From Piromyces finnis finn (Eukaryota > Fungi > Neocallimastigomycota), in NCBI GenBank assembly GCA_002104945.1, contig MCFH01000018.1, positions 124,001 through 188,000 of the forward strand: a stretch of DNA of 64,000 bases, given 5' to 3'. The position numbers were made by a program, and so were the translations under genes. Shown one piece after another: positions 36,116 through 51,700 of the stretch. The notes below the pieces were generated by a model. That model was not told the origin of the DNA, did not search any database, and saw nothing but the letters and a program-made list of their open reading frames with translations. Each line of letters opens with the position of its first letter. Within the stretch, counting starts at the first letter, position 1.

Positions 36116-36909
36116 TATGTTATAAAAAACATAAAAAGTATAAATTTATATAAACTAACTTTATATTATTAAATTAAATTTTAATTTAATAATTAAACAA
36201 TATGATGTTCAAAACTAATATTCATAATTTTGTTAGCAATATAGAATTTATAATGCTAGATAAATAAATACTATGAAAAACATTTTGTAAATTTTAAAAA
36301 TAAATATTATTTCATCTTATATTAAAAAAAGTAATATTAGAATTTAATGAAATAAAAGAAGGATAATAGTGAAAATAATTATTATAAATAGTAAATCACA
36401 TAAAAACAGGTTTATTAATATTTTATGTAGGTTTATAAAATTTTTTTTTTCTTTTTTACGAAAAGCTTTACAAATTTATTAAATAATATATTGATTTTTA
36501 TAAAAGTATAATTAGTTTAGAATTTTATAATTCTATCTTATTCTAACTACTAAAGAAAATTTCAAACATTAAAAAAAAAAAATTTATTTTTCACCTATAA
36601 ATGTAATATTTAATAGTTACATTAAAATAGATAATTATAGATATTTCTAATTAAATTATTAGTTTTTAAAGTAGTTAGAAAAGAAAAATGAAAATAACAT
36701 TAATAATACAAATAAAATTCATATAATTTTATTTAAAATGAAAAAAGAAAATAATAATGCTTTTATTAACAATTTTTATTTTATTATTATCTTTGTTGTT
36801 GTTATTTTATTATAAGTTATGATAAAATATTAATTGTAATTTTATTATTCTAAGTAACGCATTTTTATTTTAAAATCTTTTAAGATTTTAAAAGCATCCC
36901 CAATAATAA

Positions 36910-38622
36910 TTATACAGTGACAATAATTATGTCTTTTTCTGATATATTATAATGTGAGATAGTTTTAATATCATCATTAATTTCTGTAATATTACTAATA
37001 TTATTAACTTTATTAGCATCAAGAATAGAAAAAATTTTTTCATTGAGAGATTTAAGTTTTTCATTTTTAAGAAAATAGTTTCTTACATCATTATTTGATT
37101 CTGTCGCTTGAATAGGAATACTTTCAATACTATTAATAGGTGTTATAAAATCTTTATTAATATCACCATCAATATTATTTTCTACTAAATGCAAATGTTG
37201 TGAAAGAACTGGTATTTTAAATAGTCTTTGGATAATACCCTTAAGAGTGAGTATAGTTGTATCTGGAGGTAATTTCTTTTTAGCTACTTTTTTAGTACGT
37301 TGAGGACAAGATATCGGTATTGTAATTAACATTGTTTCTAATGTTTGCTCTTTATCTTCTTTTTTTGTTAATATAATATCATGATAGTTTTGCAATTCTT
37401 TGAATTTTGGGTGCTTCAATGCAAATTCTTCATCAGTCCAATTCAATTTTTGCTTCTCTTGATAAGCATAATTGATATAATATCTTTCACAATCAAATCG
37501 ATCGCTTTTGCTTATAGAACTTCCATTAAATTGTGTTAATTTACTTATTTGTCCTATAACAAATATTCTAAAATTAGATGCTGGTTCCACTTTATCACCT
37601 ATAGGATTTCTTGAAAGTCTTAACTTTTGTAGAGATGGGAATTTATCCAATTCTAGTATAGTTTCCCAATTATCAATTAAATTATTATTTAAATTTAATG
37701 TATCTAATTTTTTAAATGTTCCTGGACTATACTGTATTGATTTGATTTTATTATAATCAATTTTTAATGTTTCTAAAGATGGTAATTTACCTAAAGTATC
37801 TTCAATTACTTTCCAGGAATCAAATTTGTTGTATTCAAAATTTATTGATTGTAATGTTGAAAATTGATTTAATTGAAGGGAAGGGGATAAGCTACTTAAA
37901 TTGTTAAAACCTAAAGAAATATTTTCTAGATTTATAAAATAAGGTTCTAGATTGCAAACAGTTTTCCATTCCTCTATTGATTTATTTAATGATAGAGTCT
38001 TTATACTTTCAAATTTGGCATTTTTATTTCTAATTATATTATTTAAAGATGTAGGGTCAATTTTATTTTTATTTAAAAATAATACATTTAAATGCTCAAG
38101 TTCATCTAAAATGTCAAAAACATCATCCCAGTGAGTAAATAGATTTTCTGATAAATTTAATTCTTCAATACTTGGACAAATATTTTTTATCTTGCCTTTT
38201 GATTCGTTTTCAGCAAATGCTTTCTCAATATTTTGTAAATCTAAACCTACTTCAATTAATTCATTTAAATTACTTTGTTTTTTATCAATTTTTTCAAAAC
38301 CAACAGTTTCAACTACTTTACCCCATACAATTGGTTCTGCATTTTTATCTTTTTCTTCTTTTATTATATACTTTTTTATTAATGCTTCTTGAAAAGATTG
38401 CCCAACCATTAATAATGGTGAATCTTTCTTAACAAATGAACCTGAATTTTCTACAGTAGGAGTAAAATATTTTACACCTTTATATTCTCCATTATGTTTT
38501 CCTCTACTTGGATCATCCCATTGAATACCTAACCATATTACTTTGCTATTGGTAACAGGTCCCTCATATAAAACAATACCTAAATTATTATCATAATTAA
38601 TTCTTTTTCCTATCAATGACAT
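36910..38622 (-). CDS. TBCE: Tubulin-specific chaperone E (CAP-Gly + LRR + ubiquitin-like); intronless
   Basis: CAP-Gly WLGIQWDDPSRGKHNGEYKGVKYF, several LxxLxLxxN repeats, RFDCERYY, C-terminal UBL-like KKLPPDTTILTLKGIIQRLFKIP. Confidence 0.92.
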   Translation of the reverse strand: MSLIGKRINYDNNLGIVLYEGPVTNSKVIWLGIQWDDPSRGKHNGEYKGVKYFTPTVENSGSFVKKDSPLLMVGQSFQEALIKKYIIKEEKDKNAEPIVWGKVVETVGFEKIDKKQSNLNELIEVGLDLQNIEKAFAENESKGKIKNICPSIEELNLSENLFTHWDDVFDILDELEHLNVLFLNKNKIDPTSLNNIIRNKNAKFESIKTLSLNKSIEEWKTVCNLEPYFINLENISLGFNNLSSLSPSLQLNQFSTLQSINFEYNKFDSWKVIEDTLGKLPSLETLKIDYNKIKSIQYSPGTFKKLDTLNLNNNLIDNWETILELDKFPSLQKLRLSRNPIGDKVEPASNFRIFVIGQISKLTQFNGSSISKSDRFDCERYYINYAYQEKQKLNWTDEEFALKHPKFKELQNYHDIILTKKEDKEQTLETMLITIPISCPQRTKKVAKKKLPPDTTILTLKGIIQRLFKIPVLSQHLHLVENNIDGDINKDFITPINSIESIPIQATESNNDVRNYFLKNEKLKSLNEKIFSILDANKVNNISNITEINDDIKTISHYNISEKDIIIVTV

Positions 38623-39177
38623 CTTTTATAATTAAATCGAATAAATTAATTTTTTGAATTACGAGGAAAATATTGCTTTAACAAAAATATTAATTTATTT
38701 ATTTTTTAAATTATCGTGCTTAATGTACTAATATTATTAACAATTAAATATTTATTATTTTATTATCTTTATTGGTATATAAAATGAAATTTGATTTAAA
38801 ATTCAAATTTCTATTATTTATTTATGCATACATATATATATAATAATGATTAAATATTAAAAAAAAAAAAAATCTATTGTTGTAATATTATTTTTAAAAT
38901 TAATTAAATTTAAGGAATAAATAAATTATAAAAAATAAAAAAAAATAAAAAAATTAATTAAAATATTAAATTAAATATATCCATTATTTATATGTGGTGT
39001 ATGATAATAAAATATAATTATAAAAAAGAATTTTTTTTTTAAATAATTTATCCTTTAAAATATTATAATAAATAAATAGTCTTTAAAAAATATTATTTCG
39101 CTGTGGTGGTATCATTAATTAATTATTTAAAGTGTTTATAAAAAACCTTTGATTATTCAAAATTGTAGTTTAATAAT

Positions 39178-40677
39178 TTACTCCGCTGAAGGTATTATAA
39201 TATAATCCACAAAACATACAGAAGTATCAATTGTTGGTATCATAAACTATTATAATAATTTTTTAAAAATTTTATATGTTATATTATTATTATTAGAATA
39301 TTATATGGTATTATTTATGTTTATATATATATAAATATATTACAAGAAATTGTAAAACTCCTTCAGAATTTATTTTTATTTGAGTTTTGGTTGACAAAGC
39401 CAATGCTTTAAATATATTTGTTATTAATGTATATTTATAACTAATATAATAAGGTATTATTATAAAGATTTAAAAACTAATTAATGGATATGATAAGATT
39501 TTTAGTTAAGATTATTGTCAACAATCTTACCTAAATATAGTAGTTGCTTTAAAATTACAAGTTTCAATAACTTCTGGGTTTTTTGAATACTCAATTTTTG
39601 TTGTACCTGAGATATTTGTAGCTGAAATTTCAAAAAATGGTGCTTCTGGAGATATTCTTATTGTAATGTCGTCACAAGAATTATCAATAGTATTAAATGT
39701 ATCATTTAACCATTTTGACTTTAAATAATAAATAATTTAAACTTAATAATGGAAGTAATTTATTTTATATTAATTAAAAAGATCATTATATTTACGTTTA
39801 AAATTAATTCATTGATAAGTGGATATTGTTTAAGCATTAACCCAATTTCAGAATTTTCATTAAATTCATATGTATTTAATTTACATACTGTTATAACACC
39901 ATTATCTTCCAATCTAGTAATGATTATATTAATATAATGATTAATGTGATTAATTATTAATTTTTTTAATTATAAGAAATATTTTAAAAAAGTATATATA
40001 TTTAATATGTTTAATTACAATAAATCAAGTCTTTTAGTTGAACTTTTATATTCTATTCTAAGTGTTGTCCTTGTTTTTGAAGTATCTATAATATTAATCT
40101 CAGAATTTAAATTTTTATCATTTTTTTGTGAACTTTTTGTTGAATTTGAATTAGATAGTTGAAATCCTCCGAAAATTGTCAAACAATCTAATAAAGTATT
40201 AATATTCAATGAAAAAATTATTTTTGATTCCTTATTTGTATTGTCAATATCATTTGAAAATTCTGAATTATTATCAATGCTATTGTCTTCCTCATTTTCT
40301 TGAGTTTCTTTTATGGTTTCTTGATTATCTTCACTTTGATTCAACTCTAATAGATACTCCTGGAAATAAGAATTTTTAATATATGCTCTTGCTTCCACAG
40401 AAGAAGAATTTTGAATTGAAAATATTATACCATTATTTGATATTAAACAATTTGTATTATAATTCTTTTATTTCATTTTAATACAAAATTAATAATTTTG
40501 ATGTATATTTGGCGAAATAAATTTAGCAGATATTTTTATTTTAATATATTAATCTTTAAATTTTATAAAATTTATATTATCATTTGTTATATATACTTGA
40601 CTTGAAGCAATAGCTTTCAATGATATAATTAATGGCTTAATATTGTTTATAGAAGCTTTGAAAGAATATGAATCCAT
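39178..40677 (-). CDS. RAD1: 9-1-1 checkpoint clamp subunit Rad1 (Rec1/Rad17-like); multi-exon
   Basis: Spliced MDSYSFKASINNIKPLIISLKAI..., VEARAYIKNSYFQEY, INTLLDCLTIFG, LEDNGVITVCKLNT, ISPEAPFFEIS, KALALSTK, FMIP...CFVDYIIIP align with human RAD1 as recalled. Confidence 0.9.
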
Positions 40678-41083
40678 ATTTAATTTAAAATTTTCTCATT
40701 TATTTAGTATTTTCGAAATTGTAATTTTTAATGTATTTAACATTATTAAATCATTCTATGAATTCCAATTTTTTGAAAATAATATTTTAACCACATACTT
40801 TTATTAATTTATATATTAATGAATATATTAAAAAATAATTATTAATTTATATTTTTTTTACCTATAAAAATTTTTAATATATAAATTAATCTTTTATATA
40901 TATTTTTTTATTATGACACTATTAAAAATTATTCCTTTCCCTAATAAATTTAAACTTAATTAAAACAAATAAAATTTTTAATTTTGTTCTATTATTCATA
41001 CTACTGATAAAAATAATTATTATTTCAACAATATAGTTAAACTTTAATATATTTGAGTAAAAAATAAAAATACAAAATTTAAT

Positions 41084-42903
<1,820 letters not shown>

Positions 42904-44187
42904 TTTTGATTATTATTACTTGCTAGATATAATCTAGTTAACATTTGACCTTTAATGAAAAGGATCTATTTATATAATAATTGTCAATGTATGTAACGAT
43001 TCATTGAAGCGCAAAATAATAATATGATATTAATATTAATAATAAAAAAAATTATAATAAAAAGTTATTATTAAAATGAATTATATAGAAATAATTATAA
43101 AAAGCTTCTAACATTAGGAGCATTAGAGAAATTAGTATATAATATTAATATTTAATAGAATAATAATTTAATATACAATTAGATAAAAATAAGAATTATA
43201 CTAATCAATAATCAATAATCTTACAATATAAACAATTATAATACAAAAATGAAATAATTCATATTTTCATCCAAATAAATAAAAATAATAAATTCACATT
43301 ATGCATATATATGTTAGTATTCTATTTAATTTGTTTTTTTTTGACAGGTAATACATTTTTATAATATTTGTTGTATTATATAAGTTATTGATTATAATTT
43401 CTATTTATTTAAAAATTAAAAAAATATAGGAAAAAAAAGTACTATATTGTTATATTAATAAAAAAAGTTAATTATCATATTTCCTATTAAAACTCATATT
43501 AATATATACTGATCGAGAGTTTTCATAAAGAAATTCAATTTATGTTGTAACTTAGTTTTTAGTTTTACTTCAATTTGTTTTTATAAAAAAAATATTATGT
43601 CAGTAATATTAAAAAAAAAATATTTAGTTTTTAATAAAATTGTGTAACATTTTGTTTTAATCTTTAAATTTTAATTTTTTTTTCTTCAATATATACATAT
43701 TATATTTCCTATTTGTATTTTTTATTATAAAAAAACTTTTTTTTTTTTTTTTTAATTTTTTACCCACATTTTTTGCTAATAGCAAACTAATAATAATAAT
43801 AATAATAATTTAATTATTGATAAATATAAGTAATGACAATTATTTATATATAATTTATAATTTACAAAAAAAAAAAAAAAGGAAAAAAAAAAAGAATTAA
43901 TGTTTATTAAAAATTAATTACTATAATTGGGCTTTTTAAATTTTAATGAATTAAACTTTATTATATAATATTTTTTGAATTATTAAATATAAGTAAAAAA
44001 ATATAAAAATATTTTATTTAAAAAACAAAATAAAAACTTTTATTATAAAAAAGATTAAAAGATTAAATTAAATTAACTAATAATGTTAATATAATAAATA
44101 TAAAAATAATAATTATTACTGAAAACAATTTCATTTTAGCAATTATGTAATTATATTTTCAAATAAAGAATAAAGCAAGAACTTAAC

Positions 44188-44940
44188 ATGCATAAATATA
44201 CAATATTTATAATATTATTCATTAAAGCTGTTATAGGTCTTAATTATACAAATTTTAATTATGAATTTCTAACGAAAGAAGAATTGTAATATAATAAATA
44301 ATAATACTTTAATTTATAAATAATAATAATTCTGATTTTTATTCATACTAATTATCATCATTATTTTTTCATTTTTAATAAATTAATAAAAAGTAATTGC
44401 TCCAGTTGTGGTTTTTTCTACAATAGTACTTGTATTGATACCCAAAAAAAGGAATATTGTGATATTTATGATACTTATTATTGTCATAAAAACAAATGTT
44501 TACTTGAAAATGATGAAATTCAATTTAAACCACTATTAATTAATACATCTCAGGAAACACCAATAACTAATTCATTAATTATTGAATCATGTGATAAAGT
44601 TATGCATAATACCCAAAAATGTAATACAAGAAAATGCAATAATGACAGTGATTGCTTTTCAAACATTTGTTATGATAACACTTGTATAACTAATGTTAAT
44701 GCGCCTTTATATATTTGTAAATCAAAATATGGTAAATTTAATTGTTTAAAAGCAGATCATGAAAGTTGTGAAAGAAATATTGAGTGTTATTCTTCATATT
44801 GTGACGGATTAAAATTGTGCTTTCAAATTGAAAGTTATAATTCATATTATCGTTTAATTGTAATAGGAACAATACTATTTGTTCTTTTGACGATTCTATT
44901 ATGTTGTTGTTTTAAATATAATACTTTTTTTAAAAAGTGA
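44188..44940 (+). CDS. Small Cys-rich single-pass membrane protein (signal peptide, Cys-rich ectodomain, C-terminal TM); 1 intron
   Basis: MHKYTIFIILFIKAVIG...EEL|intron|...CSSC...CNTRKCNNDSDCFSNIC...CERNIECYSSYCD, then LIVIGTILFVLLTILLCCC. Confidence 0.7.
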
Positions 44941-45274
44941 TACTTTTAAACTTTTAAATAATATTAAAAAAAAAAATAAAATTGAAATTATATACTTTGA
45001 TAAAAAGATGTTTATTAATAAAACTAATAATAATAGAAATAATAGTATAGAGTAACAATAATTATGTAAATGTAAATAAATAAAAAAAAATTACTTATAA
45101 AAGTTTTTACCTACCTAACTGTTTCTTATAAAAAACAACTAATTATTGAGTACATTTAGTATATAGCTAAAGTTCTATGGATATATACTAATATTTTTTT
45201 TTGTATATAATAGACAGAAAATGAATTATTTATTAAAAGTTCACTTTCTTTATTTATTTATTTATTATTATTAT

Positions 45275-45310
<36 letters not shown>

Positions 45311-45756
45311 ATTATAAAAAATCTTATAAATATAATGTTATTATGTATTAAATATAACTTTCTTTAAAGAACTTTAAAAAATATATATATATAATATATA
45401 TATATAATTTTTTAATTATTGTGGATTTTTTATTTATGATAATGATAGTATTTAAAAATAAAAATTTAAAAACATTTTATATTTTATATTTCATATATTA
45501 TATATATAAATTTTTAAAAAATGATAATTAATTGAATTAATATAGTATAATATAACAACTATTAAAACCATAATATATATATTTCATTTTTCATTATAGG
45601 ATTGGTTATATTACAAGATTTATGAAATGTTATCAATATATGTTATCTGTATTATCTTATATGGTGTATAATGTAATTAAAAGTTTAACAAAAAAAAAAA
45701 AAATTGTATATATATTAATTGTTTTATTATTTGTCAAACATTCCTATTTATTAATT

Positions 45757-48700
45757 TTACTGATCAAAGCTATTAATACTTTTCATATACTTTTGAGCTT
45801 GTTTATATCTAATGCTATCAATATAATTTAACTTCTTCTTAGCACCTTTATTTAATAAATAATTTTTAATATTTTCATGTTTATACTTTTCAGCTATCAT
45901 ATATGCATTCATTCCTTTAATATTCTTTAAATTAACTTTCGAACCATTTTCTAATAAACATTTAACTACATTAATATGATCATATCTTGTCGCATACATA
46001 AGTGCTGTCCATTTTTTTTTACTATATATATTAATTTTTGCTTTTTTCTTAATTAAATATTTAACAATATCTTCGTGACCTCCAGCAGAAGCTAACATTA
46101 ACGGAGTCATTCCATTTTTTCCTTTATTATTTACTCCTGCTTTACATTCAACTAAATATTCAACTATACTTGATTTTCCATTCATTGTTGCAAACATTAA
46201 TGAAGTCATATTAAATAATGTTCTTTTATTAATTTTAGCTCCTTTACTAACTAAATATTTTGTTATATCTAAGAATCCTTTTGAAGATGATATCATTAAT
46301 GCGGTTTTATAATCATTATCAAATAAATCAATTACAGCACCTTTCTCAACAAAATATTTAACATATTCATAATTTCCATTGGTTACTGCTAGAGATAATG
46401 CTGTTTCTCCATTTGGACCATATGAATTTACATTCATTCCTTTATCAATTAAAAACTTAATTATATCTAAATTATTATTTTTAAGAGCATATGATAGTGC
46501 AATATCTTTATCAAAAGAAGGTTTATATTTAAATAAACATTTAATTATATCATTATTTGGTTCTGATGTGGACATAAAAAGGCTTTCCCAATTATAAACC
46601 AAAGCATCCTTCTTTAAAAGATATTTAATAATTTCATAATGGCCTCGTCTATAAGCAATTTGCAACGCTGTTTGATACTTATTGTTTTTTTCATTAATAT
46701 AGGCACCATTATCAATTAAAAGTTTTACAATTTCTTTATGGCCATTATCTACAGCAAACATTAATGCATTCATACTGTCTTTATCTTTAGCATTAATTTC
46801 ACAATTATGGCTTAGCAATAATTTGACAATACTTATATTTCCATTTCTACATGCCATCATTATAGGAGTTCGTTTATTACTATCGAATTCATTAATATTT
46901 AGATTTTGAGATATTAAATACTCCATAATATTAAGATTATTGTGAGCAGCTGCAGATAATAAGATTTTAAATTCATCAAAATAATCACTATAATAAATCT
47001 TATAATATTTATCAAAATGAATAAATAAACTCTGAACAATATCTAAATATCCATTTTTTGTAGCAATCATTAGCTCACTTAACTGTTGGTAACATTTATT
47101 AATTATTGCACCTTTTTCAATTAAATATTCAACAATATACTTATGACCTGTTTTACACGCATAGTATAATGAATTACAATTGCCAGCTTCATTTATAAAT
47201 GCACCCTCATTGACTAGATATTCTACTATATTAAAATAGCCATTTTGAGCAGCATATTTTAATGCATCCATATTTTGTTTATCCTTCTCATTAACTTTCG
47301 CACCACTCTCTTTTAATAATTTAACAATGTCTTTATATCCACCTTTAGCAGCAAGAATGAATGCATTTAGATTATTATCACTAACTGTATTAACATGTGC
47401 ACCATTTTCGAGTAATAGTTTGACAATATCTTTATTACCATATTTAGACGCCAACATTAAAGGAGTTATTCCATGTTTATACTTTTCATTAATGTTTAGT
47501 CCTCTTTTCAAAAATTCTTCTACATAGTTTTTATATCCAAACTTGATTGAATAATAAAAAATATCACGAGATTTTTTGTCTTTATCTAATATATTCACAT
47601 TATTATTTAATAATAAATCTGCTATATCACGTTTTTGGTTTATGATTGCATGAATGATTGCTGACATACCATCATTATCTTTATCGTTTGTATTAATATT
47701 ATTTCTACTTAATAAATATTTTACAATCTCTTTATAACCATTTTTACTTGCAACCATTAAAGCGGTGACATTATTTTCAAATTTTTCATTTATATTAACA
47801 CCATTTTCTATTAATATTTTAACTAAATTAAGTGATCCATGTTCAACTGCATAGTAAAATGAATTATATCCATATTTATTTTTTTCATGAATATTAGCAC
47901 CTTCTTTAATTAATATATTTGCAATATCATAGTGTTCATTTTCTATTGCGTATATCAAAGCATTAGAACCCATGATATCTTTTCCATTATTTTTCGCTCC
48001 TTTCTCAATTAAAAATTTAACAATATCAGTGTGACCTTTTTTTGATGCAATCATTAACGCATCCATATTATATTGACACTTTTCATTAATAGCTGCACCT
48101 TTATCAATTAAATATTTAACAACAAAATTGCTACCTTTTTTACAAGCGTAAAATAATGCAGTCGAATCTTTAAGATCTTTATCATTGATATTAATTTTCT
48201 TATCTACTAAATATTTAATAATCTCATCATTCCCATATTTTATAGCAAATATTAATCCATTTTTTCCTTTAAAATCCTTTTCATTTATATCACTTCCACT
48301 TTCAATTAACATTTTTAATTTTTCTTTATTTTTAAAAACAATAGCATCTAAAATTGAAAAATCATTGTCTTTTTTAACTTGGTTATCAAAGAAATTTAAA
48401 TAATTATATACAGATTCCCGTTTACCACTTTCTTTTATTATTATACTTTCAAGCACCGCTTCTTTATTCTTTTCATAAATATCACTATCCATTTTCTCTA
48501 AATAATTGATAATATCAATATATCCTTTTTCTGCTGCAATTATATAAATATTTTCTTTTTTGAAGTTAAATTCATTTATATTTAATCCGATTTTAATGAA
48601 ATAATCCATAATTTCATAATTATTATTTCGAACGGCATATATTAATGCATTATTTCCAAAATTATCATTTTCATAAATATTAACTTTTAATTCAATCAAC

Positions 48701-51700
48701 TGTTTAATTATTTCTAACTGATTATTGGTTGAAGCATACATTAAAGCCGTTTCACCATTATTATCTTTTTCATTAATATTAATTCCATTAACAATTAAGA
48801 AACTACATATTTTATCGAATTTATTTTCGCTTGCTATCATTAATGCATTAAATCCTTGATTATTGCAAATATTAATATCCGCACCATTTTTTAATAATAT
48901 TTTGATAATATTTAAATTACCTAACTTAGTAGCATATAATAATGAACTCCAACCTTCATTATTCTTATCATCAATATTATTATATCGAGTTAATAAATAC
49001 TCTATAGTAGAATATTGATTATTTAAAGTTGATACAATAATTATATTATTTCCATTTATATCTTTTTTGTAAATATCCCCCTTATTTTCAATGATGCATT
49101 TTATAATATTTAATAATCCATATTCAGCTGCTAAGAGTAATGGAGTAATACCTTTTTCATCACTATCATTAACATTTGCACCATTATCAATTAAATATTT
49201 TATAATTGTATCATTTCCATTCTTTACAGAGTGCATTAATGCACTATATCCATTATTATCATGATAATTAATTAAAGCGTTCATCTGAATTAAAAATTTT
49301 ATTGTTTCTAAATGACCTTTTTGACATGCAAGCATAAGAGCTGATAAACCGGCATTTGTTGTTTCATTAATATCTGCTCCATTGTCCAAAAGAATTTGAA
49401 TTATTGAAGTATTATTATTTTGAGCAGCATACATTAATGCTGTCATTCCTTCATTAGTACTTTCATTTACGTCAATTCCATTTTTAATCAAAAATTTAAC
49501 AACTTCAACATGATCATTCTGTGAAGCCACCATCAATGCATTTTGGCCCAAATAATTTTTATCCATAATATTTATTCCTTTATTTAATAAAAATTCTATT
49601 ATATTAATATATCCTTTCTCAGATGCTGCAATTAAAACATTAGACCCACAACTATCTTTTATAGATATTTCTGCATGATTCTCGATTAAATATTTTAATA
49701 TACTAAGTTGACCACTTTTTGCAGCAATCATTAAAGCTGTTTCATTATTACTATTTTGTGTGTCTATGTAAATACCTTTATTAATTAAATATTCAATTGT
49801 AGTTATATGCGCATTTTCAGTAGCATATAAGAAGACGCTCTTGCCAATTTCACCGTTAATATTAATTTTGTTACAAAATCTAATCAGATATTCTGTAATG
49901 TCTTGGAAATTATTTTTGTAAGCTATACTTATTGCACTAGAATAATTATAATTTGGATTATTCATATATTGAACATGTGTAGTAAAATAGTTAATAGCCT
50001 CAGCATGACCATTTTTTGCTGAATAAAGAATAGCATCCCATCCATTGTTATCTACTTCGTCAACCATAACACCATTTCTCACCAAAAATTTTATTACATT
50101 CAGATTACCATTCTTAGATGCCAACATTAAAGCATTTAATCCATTTCTATTCCTTTCAGAGATATCCATTCCATTGTCACTTAAATACTTTACAATATCT
50201 ACATGACCATTCTGGGCTGCAATCATCAAAGCATTATTTCCTTTATTACTTTTTTCGTATTTGTTTATACCCTTTTCAATTAAATATTTTACAACATCTA
50301 TGTTACCTATTTGTGATGAATGAAGTAAAGAATTCCATCCATTTAAATCTTTTTCATTTATATTCGCACCCTTTTCTATTAAATATTTTATAATTTCATA
50401 ATAACCTTTTTGAGATGCAAGAAGTAATGCATTCCAACCATAACTATTCTTCTCATTTATATTTATTCCATTGTCAATTAAATATTTTACAATTTCTAAA
50501 TGACCATTATCAGCAGCAAATAAAAGAATATTATTTCCTTTATTACTTTTTTCATTTATATTAATTCCATGTTTTACTAAAAATTTTACAATTTCAATAT
50601 GACCACTTTCTGATGTAATAATTAATGCATTTTGACCATTATTATTTTTTTCATTAATATTAGATCCCTTTTCATACAAATATTTTACAATATCTCTATA
50701 ACCTTTTTGGGAAGCAATCATCAAAGCATTCCACCCATTATTATCTTTATCGTTTACATTTAAACCTTTATTTACTAAATATTTAACTATATTATTATAA
50801 CCATATAAAGATGCAAACATCAATGCATTCCATCCATCAACATCTTTTGCATCTAGTTTAGCTCCTTTATCTACTAAATATTTTACAATTTCATAATGAC
50901 CACCTTGTGTAGCAATCATTAATGCATTATTATTCTTACTATTAACATCATCAATATTTATTCCGCTATCTACTAAATATTTTACGATTTCAATAAATCC
51001 TTCATGAGATGCCATATGAAGAGCATTCCATCCTTCTAAATCTTTTTCATTAATATTTATTCCCCTTTGATGTAAATACTTTACAATGTTAATATACCCT
51101 TTTTGAGCTGCAATCATTAATGATGTTGTTCCTTCATTACTTTTTCCATTTACATTAATTCCATTAACAATAAGATATACAATAAGATCTAATTGATTAT
51201 TTTGAGTAGCAATCATTAATGCATTCCATCCATAATAATCTCTTTCATCAATATTAGAACCACTTTCAATTAAATAATTAATTACATTAATATGCCCATT
51301 CATTGCTGCTAATAACATTGCATTTCGACCAGTGTCATTTTTTACATTAATACTTATTTTACTTTTTATTAAATATTTGACAACTTCAAGAAATCCATAT
51401 TGAGCCGCAATCATCAACGCATTATTATTTTTTGTACTTCTTTCTTTAAGATTAATACCACAGTTAATTAAATACTTAACTACCTCTAAATGACCATGTT
51501 GACATGCTAAAAATAAGGCATTCCATCCAATATTGGATTTATCATTAATATTTGCTTTATGATCTACAAGGAATTTAACAATATCTAAATGTCCATTTTT
51601 AGCTGCAATCATTAATGCATTTTGTCCATTATTGCTCTTTTCATTTACATTCATATGAATACTAATAAGATAACTAACAATTTCTATATGGTTATTTAAG

